Assembly: GCA_964472415.1 (NCBI GenBank)
Contig: CAYYLC010000002.1
Coordinates: forward strand, 32,470 to 96,469
Source of the DNA: an uncultured Gammaproteobacteria bacterium
Lineage (GTDB): Bacteria; Patescibacteriota; Microgenomatia; Levybacterales; GWA1-39-11
Length of the DNA stretch: 64,000 bases
Reading direction: 5' to 3'
This document shows, one piece after another, positions 16,902 to 24,874 of this stretch (position 1 is the first letter of the stretch; every line of letters starts with the position of its first letter). The position numbers and the translations under genes were made by a program. The notes beneath the pieces are model-generated. The model was given only the letters and a program-made list of their open reading frames with translations. It made no database searches and had not been told where the DNA came from.

Positions 16902-17960
16902 CTAAAATGTTCGCTTCGTATTATAATCTAGAAGTGTTTTATACACATCTTTATATTCAGGCGAAATTTCTAATTGCCCAATAATACCTTGCGACTCATT
17001 ATAAAGGTTTTCTATGAGAGACTGTATTTCTGATCTTACCCCTAATTCTTCTGTCATCTCCCGAATCCTTAGAACATCTTGGTTCTTCAAGGAAGGATTT
17101 CCAAATATCTCTTCGAGGTATTTTCTTTCTTCTGGTGACGCTTTTTTTATAAGAAGACTTCGCATGAAAGTTTTTTTATTCTCTCGGATATCAGATCCTA
17201 TCGGTTTTCCTATCTTGCTCTCACTTCCAAATATCCCGATGTCATCATCTATAAGCTGAAAAATAAGCCCTATTTTTTCTCCCAATTTTTCCATCATCTG
17301 TATTTGGCTATCAGGCATCTCCGCTGCAATCGCACCAAGACAGAGAGGTAATGTAAAAGAATATCTCGCACTTTTATCAATATACATCCTCTGAATTTCT
17401 GCTCCATCAAATTCTTTCGAGAGAGCACCGTATTGAAAATCCAGCAACTGTCCAATTCCAACAATTCTCAATTCTCTCGTGTAAAACTGTAATAACTTCT
17501 GCAAATTTTTTTGGTCCGCATATGCGGCTAGCTCCTCCGCTATAAAAAGCGCTATATCTCCTACTACAATTCCCATAGAAATTCCGAAATGATCTGCATT
17601 TTGTATTTTTAAATTCCTTGCTTGATCTTTATACTTTGCAAATACTGTTTTCTCGCCACGGCGGAGTGTGTCATTATCCATAATATCATCATGGATGAGA
17701 AGCGCTGAGTGCATCAGCTCAAGAGAGGCAGCAATATTTAATAATTCTTTACTTGTCTCTTTTTTATAACTATTTACAGAAAGCAAAAAAAGAGATCCCC
17801 GAAGCAATTTGCCTTTTGTAGAAAAACTTCGAAGCGTTTCAAAAACATCAACTTCGGAATGCATCCGTTCGTCAAATTCTGTTTGTTTTTCTGAAAGAAC
17901 TTCCTGTATCCTTTCAGAAATTATCGTACGATAATATGCAAATAATTGTTTAAAATCCAT
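16902..17960 (-). CDS. Polyprenyl diphosphate synthase (trans-isoprenyl diphosphate synthase family)
   Basis: First DDxxD motif LIHDDIMDND and second motif FQLIDDDIGIF. Confidence 0.8.
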   Translation of the reverse strand: MDFKQLFAYYRTIISERIQEVLSEKQTEFDERMHSEVDVFETLRSFSTKGKLLRGSLFLLSVNSYKKETSKELLNIAASLELMHSALLIHDDIMDNDTLRRGEKTVFAKYKDQARNLKIQNADHFGISMGIVVGDIALFIAEELAAYADQKNLQKLLQFYTRELRIVGIGQLLDFQYGALSKEFDGAEIQRMYIDKSARYSFTLPLCLGAIAAEMPDSQIQMMEKLGEKIGLIFQLIDDDIGIFGSESKIGKPIGSDIRENKKTFMRSLLIKKASPEERKYLEEIFGNPSLKNQDVLRIREMTEELGVRSEIQSLIENLYNESQGIIGQLEISPEYKDVYKTLLDYNTKRTF

Positions 17961-17981
17961 GTAAAATCTTATTTTGCACTA

Positions 17982-18977
17982 TTATACCGTATTGATAGGG
18001 TTCCCCGTGAAGAAAGACGCTATATTGTCATGTGTTGTCTCAAGTATTTTTATAAGCGCCTCATAACTATTAAACGCATTATGTGGGGTTATCAGAACAC
18101 GCGGATGAGTACAGAGCATATGACCCTCTAGAACTGACTGCAATTTCTCTTTATCAAAGTTATGCGACAATAATTGCTTTTCTTCGTGCAAGACCGGCTC
18201 CTCTTCCAAAACATCGAGGCCAGCAGCGTATACTTTCCCTGAATCCAATGCCTCGAGAAGCGCTCCGCTATGAATAAGTCCGCCACGTGCAGTATTGATA
18301 ATAACACAATTATTTTTCATTTGAGAAAACTTTTCTTGAGAAAGAAAATGGTGTGTTTCTTTCGTATAAGGAATATGCAGAGAAACGACATCAGAATTTC
18401 CTAGAAGTACTGATAAATCGACATGACGGAACCCTAACCTTCTCTCTAGAGTCAGATCAGGATGCCGCGCATACGCAAGTACATTCATCCCAAACCCATT
18501 TGCAATTTCTATGACATGCTTCCCGATGGTCCCAATCCCAATCACACCTAATGTCTTTCCCCTTAATTCAAATCCAGTTAATCCTTCTGGGCTAAAATGA
18601 TTCTTCCGTGTTCGCTCAAATGACTCCTCAAGACGACGAGAAATCGCAAGCAGAAGTGCAAATGCATGCTCTGCTACTACGGTCTCTGCATACACTGGAA
18701 CATTTGAAACTATAATTCCACGCTCGCTTGCAGCCTTGATATCAATATGATCAAACCCTGTAGACATCGTAGTGATAAATTTTAAATTTGGGAGGGACTG
18801 TATCATCTCACGAGTTACCCGTGAGTATACAAATACTACGAGAACCTCAGTATTTTGAACTTCCGAGATAAGATCTGTAGATAATTCTTCATCAAAACAT
18901 GTCACACTATGTCCTTTAAATACATTCTGGAAATACTCTTGTTCTTGCTTGTCTGCTTCAAAAATAGTAATTTGCAT
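17982..18977 (-). CDS. D-isomer-specific 2-hydroxyacid dehydrogenase (LdhA/PGDH family)
   Basis: NAD-binding GKTLGVIGIGTIGKHV and catalytic region ...INTARGGLI...GLDVLEEEP... Confidence 0.75.
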   Translation of the reverse strand: MQITIFEADKQEQEYFQNVFKGHSVTCFDEELSTDLISEVQNTEVLVVFVYSRVTREMIQSLPNLKFITTMSTGFDHIDIKAASERGIIVSNVPVYAETVVAEHAFALLLAISRRLEESFERTRKNHFSPEGLTGFELRGKTLGVIGIGTIGKHVIEIANGFGMNVLAYARHPDLTLERRLGFRHVDLSVLLGNSDVVSLHIPYTKETHHFLSQEKFSQMKNNCVIINTARGGLIHSGALLEALDSGKVYAAGLDVLEEEPVLHEEKQLLSHNFDKEKLQSVLEGHMLCTHPRVLITPHNAFNSYEALIKILETTHDNIASFFTGNPINTV

Positions 18978-21413
18978 CTATTTTTCTAATATATAATTAT
19001 TATCATGATCAAGTGTCACAAAGATCTTTTCTCCCTTTCTAATTGTCTCTTCTAGAATCCCTCGGGAAATAAGATTCTCGATATGCTCCTCTATGTATCT
19101 TCTCACATTTCGGGCACCAAAGTCAGCATCAAATGCCTCACGAGAAATTTTAGCTATTGAACTTTCTGAAAAACTGATATCAATACTTTGTTGTAATAAT
19201 TTTTCTTTGAGATCCATAAGCATTAGGTCTGCAATTTTTATTACATGCTCTTTTGCCAAGGGATGAAACACAACAACATCGCTAAATCTATTGATGAGCT
19301 CTGGCCGGAATATTTCCTTTGTAAGGACGAACTCTATTAACTCTGTTTTTATATTCTCTTCTCCTGTTGCAATCTTCTGACGGATAAACTCACTTCCGGC
19401 ATTTGATGTTGCGATAATTATCGCATTAGAAAAAGAAACCTTTTTCCCTTTATTATTTGTCACAAATCCTTCATCAAGAATTTGTAGGAATACATCTAAA
19501 AGTCGCGTATTCGCTTTCTCAAATTCGTCAAGGAGCACCACTGAGAATGGATTTTTTACAATCTTATCTATTAAACTTTCTGAAAAACTCTGCTCTCCAG
19601 GCATTTCTCCCAATAGTTTTTTCATCGATTCCTCCGTCTGATATTCTGACATGTCAACTCGAATCATTTTCTTTTCATCGCCAAAATATTCCTTTGAGAG
19701 GAGTTTTGCCATCGTCGTCTTCCCCACACCACTGGGTCCTAAAAATAAAAATGACGCGATTGGTCCTTGGCTTTTTTTTAATCCGCTCCTTAATCGCCTT
19801 ACTGCATTCGATACTGCTGAAACTGCTTCATTTTGACCCACTAGTCGCTTATGAAGCGTGTCTTCTAGATTGAGTAATTTCTTCTTCTCCTCAACAGTAG
19901 GCGCAGACAAATTTACGCCAGTCTTCTCCACTATAAGCTCTTGCACGTCCGCTGCAGTAATTGTATTTCTTCCTGCATGAAATACTCGGACTATTGTGTC
20001 TTCCAGAAGTCGTATTGCAGAACCAGGAAGCAACAGATTTGACGAATATAAATTTGCAGAATTGATAATTTCCCGAACTGCTCCATACGTCACAATTACA
20101 TTCGAGCTTTTTTCCCTAATCTCAATATCATGAATTGCCATAAATAATGTAGTTTTTTCGTCTGGCTCATCAAGCGAGATCGCGTGAAAATGAATCTGAA
20201 CTGAAGATTTTGGTGCAATAAAATCTTTATATGCTTGTGGTGTCGTCGTTCCGATAATCTGCACACGGCTACTTTCTAAATATGGCTCAAGTGCCCCTGA
20301 AATATCAAAATTAAATCCACCCCCACCAAAAATATTCTCTATGCTCTCCAAAAATACAATAACATTTCCCGCATGAGAAACTTCAGTAAAAATATTATTC
20401 AATCTCCTCTCTATCTCTCCCCTATCCTTTGCACCGGAAATCAACCTATCAATAAACAAAAAATATATCCTTTTTCTCTTGAGATTTTTCGTGATCTCTC
20501 CTTTATGCGCATCATACGCAACGTCCATCACTAACGTCGTCTTCCCAACGCCCGGATTCCCAATCAAAAGAACATTACTTGAAGATCCTCGCGAAAGGCT
20601 TTCTATCATTTGCCGATATTCTTTTTCTCTCCCCACTGCTTTTGGTTCATATCCAAGGCGTATTACTTCACTCGTAAAATCAGATGTATATTTTTTTGTA
20701 GCAGGAGTCCAACCATGTATCAATTGGTCGAAAATACCACTTCCATTAAAAGTACCCTGCAACACTTCCGTCGGGTCTTCAATACGAAATCTTTTCCTCA
20801 CCCAAAACAAAATAACCAACATATCTTGAGCCATTAACCCCTCTTGTTCTAAGATTTTTACACTTGGCTCTTGAAGTAAAATATAAGCAACTAATACATC
20901 TACTGCATGGATATATTTTCCTTGAATCATCTGCACCAATTCCCCAGCCTTTTTTAAAAGTTCATCTTTGGAAAGATTTATATCGACAAGCTGAAGTGAA
21001 GAATTTATTTTTTGAATAGCAAATCTTCCTTCTTTTGTACGGGCAATCTGTACAACAAGCTCATGGCTTGTCTGTGGTGACAGCATGTCTGCTCGAACAT
21101 TAAACAACGTAGCTTCATAGAGATTTTCAGCATTAGTTACTGTCCTTGCCGGATTTAGGGTACGGAGTTTTTTAATAAATAATTCTTGGAGGATTAACAC
21201 AAAAAGGAACGGTGAGAGAATCAAGAGTATCCGAACATTATCAAAAAAAAGTATCCCAATTACAAAAACCAGCATGAATAATACTCCTCGCACAAACAAT
21301 GCTTCTTTTGTATTCAAAATTTTATAGAGTTTAAAATGATTAGAGCCCAACATAGAAAAGATATAATAATAACCCTGGAAGTATAAAAAAGAGTGCAATG
21401 ATAAAAAGTTCAA
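18978..21413 (-). CDS. ClpA/ClpC-like double-AAA+ ATPase with N-terminal transmembrane segments; no M-domain; no obvious ClpP-docking tripeptide
   Basis: Two Walker A motifs (LIGNPGVGKTT and LFLGPSGVGKTT) and a Clp_N-like region. Hydrophobic segments lie at the N-terminus (VLFMLVFVIGILFF, LLILSPFLFVLIL). A short linker separates AAA1 from AAA2. No [IVL]GF loop seen between ATSNAGS and FRPELINRF. Confidence 0.7.
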   Translation of the reverse strand: MNFLSLHSFLYFQGYYYIFSMLGSNHFKLYKILNTKEALFVRGVLFMLVFVIGILFFDNVRILLILSPFLFVLILQELFIKKLRTLNPARTVTNAENLYEATLFNVRADMLSPQTSHELVVQIARTKEGRFAIQKINSSLQLVDINLSKDELLKKAGELVQMIQGKYIHAVDVLVAYILLQEPSVKILEQEGLMAQDMLVILFWVRKRFRIEDPTEVLQGTFNGSGIFDQLIHGWTPATKKYTSDFTSEVIRLGYEPKAVGREKEYRQMIESLSRGSSSNVLLIGNPGVGKTTLVMDVAYDAHKGEITKNLKRKRIYFLFIDRLISGAKDRGEIERRLNNIFTEVSHAGNVIVFLESIENIFGGGGFNFDISGALEPYLESSRVQIIGTTTPQAYKDFIAPKSSVQIHFHAISLDEPDEKTTLFMAIHDIEIREKSSNVIVTYGAVREIINSANLYSSNLLLPGSAIRLLEDTIVRVFHAGRNTITAADVQELIVEKTGVNLSAPTVEEKKKLLNLEDTLHKRLVGQNEAVSAVSNAVRRLRSGLKKSQGPIASFLFLGPSGVGKTTMAKLLSKEYFGDEKKMIRVDMSEYQTEESMKKLLGEMPGEQSFSESLIDKIVKNPFSVVLLDEFEKANTRLLDVFLQILDEGFVTNNKGKKVSFSNAIIIATSNAGSEFIRQKIATGEENIKTELIEFVLTKEIFRPELINRFSDVVVFHPLAKEHVIKIADLMLMDLKEKLLQQSIDISFSESSIAKISREAFDADFGARNVRRYIEEHIENLISRGILEETIRKGEKIFVTLDHDNNYILEK

Positions 21414-21675
21414 TTATGATAAGGATAAGGAAAAAAAATCCAACCAAACTCAAAAGGAAAGTCTTAATGAAAATCCCAAATACGATAGAAAATAATACTA
21501 ATCCTTTCCGATACTCATTCTTCAAAGGTTTAAAGAATGTTTGCAAAAGAAGACCTACGGAAAATAATTTTGCAAGATATGAGTTAAGTTTTACGAAAAA
21601 ATCTATTACCCCAAACCCTACATCATGATACCAAAAAACAAGAAGATCCAATGGATACATGAGGGCAGTTTTCAT
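21340..21675 (-). CDS. Small polytopic membrane protein ORF overlapping the start of the Clp-like gene (separate gene or frameshifted N-terminus)
   Basis: 111 aa, very hydrophobic (FFLILIIIELFIIALFFILPGLLLYLF). It overlaps the downstream Clp ORF by 74 nt in a different frame. Confidence 0.25.
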   Translation of the reverse strand: MKTALMYPLDLLVFWYHDVGFGVIDFFVKLNSYLAKLFSVGLLLQTFFKPLKNEYRKGLVLFSIVFGIFIKTFLLSLVGFFFLILIIIELFIIALFFILPGLLLYLFYVGL

Positions 21676-21724
21676 CCTACTATCAGTTTAGAGGGTGTAC
21701 GAATTCAAATCAAGCGAACATATA

Positions 21725-22591
21725 CTAAAACCATCCTTTTTTCGAACTCTCTTTCTCAAACTCCTCAATAAGTTTTTTCTGCTTCGAATTCAGCTTTTTA
21801 GGGATTTGAATTTTTATTTGCACAAAATGACTCCCCTTTTGACTACTATTAATCCGCTTTATCCCCTTATCCTTTATGCGAATAAGTGCACCCGGCTGAG
21901 TTCCCTGAGGAATCTTCAGTTTAATCGTTCCATCAAGTGCTCGAATTTCAGTAATTCCACCAAGTAAAGCGAGTGTAAAAGAAATCTCTTCTTCAGAAAA
22001 AATATCAGATCCCCGTCGTTCAAAAAAATCATGGGGTGCAACATCAATCACCACATCAAACTCCTCAAATCGAATCCGTTGCCCACTACTGATTCCAGCA
22101 GGGATTTTTATACTCCGCTCTTTCCCTTCAACTGCCACCTTCTTTGTTACCCCTTTTACCGCCTCCATAAATTCAATCCTGAGTGAATACACCGGCTTTC
22201 TCTGCCCAAAAGGACTTCCACCACCAAAGAATTGCTCAAAAATATCAAATGGATCATTAAACCCAAAATCTTGATTATTTGCATTCTGTCCAGATGAGTA
22301 ATAATACCGGAATGGTCCTCCTCCGCCACCGCCAAATGGCCCTCCCCCATACGACCCACCAGCATCACCTCTTGGCCCTTCACTTGATCCATACTGATCA
22401 TAATTTTGCCGCTTTTGAGGATTTGAAAGCACTTCATATGCCTCATTGATTTCCTTAAATTTTCCTTCCGCATCCTTTGATTTGTTCTTATCCGGATGAT
22501 ATTCTACAGCTAGCTTTCTATATGCTTTTTTCAATTCATCAGCAGTAGCATTTTTTGATACTCCTAAAACTTGATAATAATCTTTCGCCAT
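21725..22591 (-). CDS. DnaJ-family co-chaperone lacking the zinc-finger domain (type II / CbpA-like)
   Basis: J-domain [33 protein letters not shown], a G/F-rich region, then C-terminal beta domains with no CxxCxGxG repeats. Confidence 0.8.
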   Translation of the reverse strand: MAKDYYQVLGVSKNATADELKKAYRKLAVEYHPDKNKSKDAEGKFKEINEAYEVLSNPQKRQNYDQYGSSEGPRGDAGGSYGGGPFGGGGGGPFRYYYSSGQNANNQDFGFNDPFDIFEQFFGGGSPFGQRKPVYSLRIEFMEAVKGVTKKVAVEGKERSIKIPAGISSGQRIRFEEFDVVIDVAPHDFFERRGSDIFSEEEISFTLALLGGITEIRALDGTIKLKIPQGTQPGALIRIKDKGIKRINSSQKGSHFVQIKIQIPKKLNSKQKKLIEEFEKESSKKGWF

Positions 22592-22629
22592 AATGGATAT
22601 TTTAGCATTCGAGATGCTCTATTGCTAGT

Positions 22630-24459
22630 TTACTGACTCGTACAGATTAGAGGGCATAACTGTATACTACCTTCACCTTGATTACACGATGGATCAAAAT
22701 CACACCGATAATATTTTATGGGCGTAGGAGTAGCAGTAGGCTTTTTTGCCGCTTCTGTAGGAGGCTGTATAGGATCATTAGTCGGTAATGGCCCAGAAGT
22801 AGGCTGGATTACTACCGTAACAGTAGGCTGTGCGATATCTCTCGTAACCCGAATGGGAACCTGAATAGAGGGGCTATTCTGATCAAGAATAAGGTCTTCT
22901 GTACTTATCCCTTGGTAGCCTATGCGAAATGTCCCCGGAAAAAGGCTATCGAAAATAAAGGTTCCATCAGTAAGCGTCGCAGTCGTATCAGAATATGCTC
23001 CTGAAAGCTCAACTATCTGATTCTCCATAGGTGAATCTCCAGCATCAAAGGAGCCACTATTATTAGTATCTTCATATATAATACCTTGAATATAATATTG
23101 CGCAACACCAGGGGTCAGTGTTACTTGAGGGTCAGGGGTCAATGTAGGTATTGTAATACTCCCACTCCGTCCACAATTTGCTATCGCATTTGCGATATTC
23201 AGGCGTGGACCAATAGAAGACGATGAGGAAGTGCCATCCGCATTACTCACTAAGCAACTTTCCACTTCAGCTGATGTAAGTCCTGAATTCACAGAGAGCA
23301 AGAGTGCTGCAGCACCTGCTACATGAGGCGCTGCCATTGACGTTCCTTGCATCACTTTATAACTAGCACCAGGAATAGTAGATAATATATTTACACCAGG
23401 AGCCGAAATATCAACAGTATCTCCATAATTACTAAATGATGCTTTTCCATCATTTTGTGTCGACGCACCTACCGAAATTACTCCTTGGCATGAAGCGGGA
23501 GTAAACCCTACTGCATCCGTATTACTATTCCCTGCTGCGACAACTACAACGACCCCTTTAGAAATGCCTTCATTAATTGCATTTTGATACGACGACTGCG
23601 GAGCGCACGACCCTCCTCCACCAAGACTCATATTAATCACTCTCGCTCCATTAGTTATTGCATATTCTATCCCTGAAACAATACTCTGAGTAGTACCCCC
23701 GCATCGACCGTATGCTGGACCCATGGTCTTTACGGGCATAATACGAACATCCCAATTCACGCCCACAACCCCCACATCATTATCACCCACTGCACCAACT
23801 GTTCCTGCGACATGGGTTCCGTGACCACATTCATCAGATGGATCGGAGTCATTGGAATAAAAATCGTATCCTGAAGTCAACCTACCAGATAAGTCTGGAT
23901 GCGAGAGATCAATTCCACTATCAATCACCGCGACAGTGATCGCACTCGATCCGATCGTAGTATCCCATGCGACCGGCGCTTGTATTTTTTCTAGTCCCCA
24001 CAAACTAGAATACTGAGGATCATTTGGAATACGAAATGGTTCCATAATAAAGTTCGGTTCAGAAGCAAGTATTTCATTAATATGAGAAAGCTCTTCTTGA
24101 AGCACTCCAATATCTTTTCCTTCTTCAAGCTTCAATAAATAATACCTACTCAATAATCCCTCCATGGATTCATACGCCTTCTCCTGACTCTCTACTCCGA
24201 ACGCTTTCAGCCTTATCTCTAGATCTTGTCTCTGAGAATCACTTAACTCATGAGGCGCTTTATCTTCTCTATAGTTAACAAGTAATTCATAAGGAACATA
24301 TGGCGCTACCGGAGGAATCGCAACATACGGATCACGACTCAAAAAGTATCCTACTACAAAGCTTCCTATCCCCAAAAAAAGAACTCCGGAAAGAGCGACT
24401 ACTAGTTTCTTATTCTTGAAATATTTAGAACGTTTCAAATTGCGTATTTGGCTCGGCAT
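22630..24459 (-). CDS. Subtilisin-like serine protease (S8) with N-terminal TM, I9-like propeptide, CarboxypepD_reg-like domain and Cys-rich C-terminal tail
   Basis: Catalytic Asp (VAVIDSGID), His (HGTHVAGT) and Ser (GTSMAAPHVAGAAALL). The C-terminus reads YYRCDFDPSCNQGEGSIQLCPLICTSQ. Confidence 0.85.
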   Translation of the reverse strand: MPSQIRNLKRSKYFKNKKLVVALSGVLFLGIGSFVVGYFLSRDPYVAIPPVAPYVPYELLVNYREDKAPHELSDSQRQDLEIRLKAFGVESQEKAYESMEGLLSRYYLLKLEEGKDIGVLQEELSHINEILASEPNFIMEPFRIPNDPQYSSLWGLEKIQAPVAWDTTIGSSAITVAVIDSGIDLSHPDLSGRLTSGYDFYSNDSDPSDECGHGTHVAGTVGAVGDNDVGVVGVNWDVRIMPVKTMGPAYGRCGGTTQSIVSGIEYAITNGARVINMSLGGGGSCAPQSSYQNAINEGISKGVVVVVAAGNSNTDAVGFTPASCQGVISVGASTQNDGKASFSNYGDTVDISAPGVNILSTIPGASYKVMQGTSMAAPHVAGAAALLLSVNSGLTSAEVESCLVSNADGTSSSSSIGPRLNIANAIANCGRSGSITIPTLTPDPQVTLTPGVAQYYIQGIIYEDTNNSGSFDAGDSPMENQIVELSGAYSDTTATLTDGTFIFDSLFPGTFRIGYQGISTEDLILDQNSPSIQVPIRVTRDIAQPTVTVVIQPTSGPLPTNDPIQPPTEAAKKPTATPTPIKYYRCDFDPSCNQGEGSIQLCPLICTSQ

Positions 24460-24874
24460 TTACTACTTCTGGCAACAGATAGATTTGCTGTGCTACTTCT
24501 TCTATATTAGTACCTTGCTGAAACTTTAACAAGTAATATCTGCTCAAAGCTCCTTCTTCTGCTTCATACGCCCTCTCTTGAGAAATAACCCCAAAGCTCT
24601 CAAAGAGACTCAAAATCTCTTGCTGCCGTTCCGGCACTAAATTATCAAACTCCTGACCCTCAGAATATTGAATAATAAGCTCCTCTTCTACACGGGGTGC
24701 ATCAGGAAATGTAGGAAGCGGTGCTTTTTGCGTCGGCGTAGGAATCAATAGGACATGATCTTCAGACTCTTCCACGCTACTCGCCAGAAAAAATAACACC
24801 ACTGGGATTAATACTGCAACACCGAGAAGGATGACTACTATTTTTCTATTTTTTACAGAAAGTTTTTGTATCAT
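24425..24874 (-). CDS. Membrane-anchored stand-alone subtilisin-propeptide (inhibitor I9)-like protein, paralogous to the N-terminus of the downstream S8 protease
   Basis: TM (IVVILLGVAVLIPVVLFFLA), then ELIIQYSEGQEFDNLVPERQQEILSLFESFGVISQERAYEAEEGALSRYYLLKF... This aligns with the S8 gene segment ELLVNYREDKAPHELSDSQRQDLEIRLKAFGVESQEKAYESMEGLLSRYYLLKL. It overlaps the S8 gene by 35 nt. Confidence 0.6.
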   Translation of the reverse strand: MIQKLSVKNRKIVVILLGVAVLIPVVLFFLASSVEESEDHVLLIPTPTQKAPLPTFPDAPRVEEELIIQYSEGQEFDNLVPERQQEILSLFESFGVISQERAYEAEEGALSRYYLLKFQQGTNIEEVAQQIYLLPEVVNAEPNTQFETF

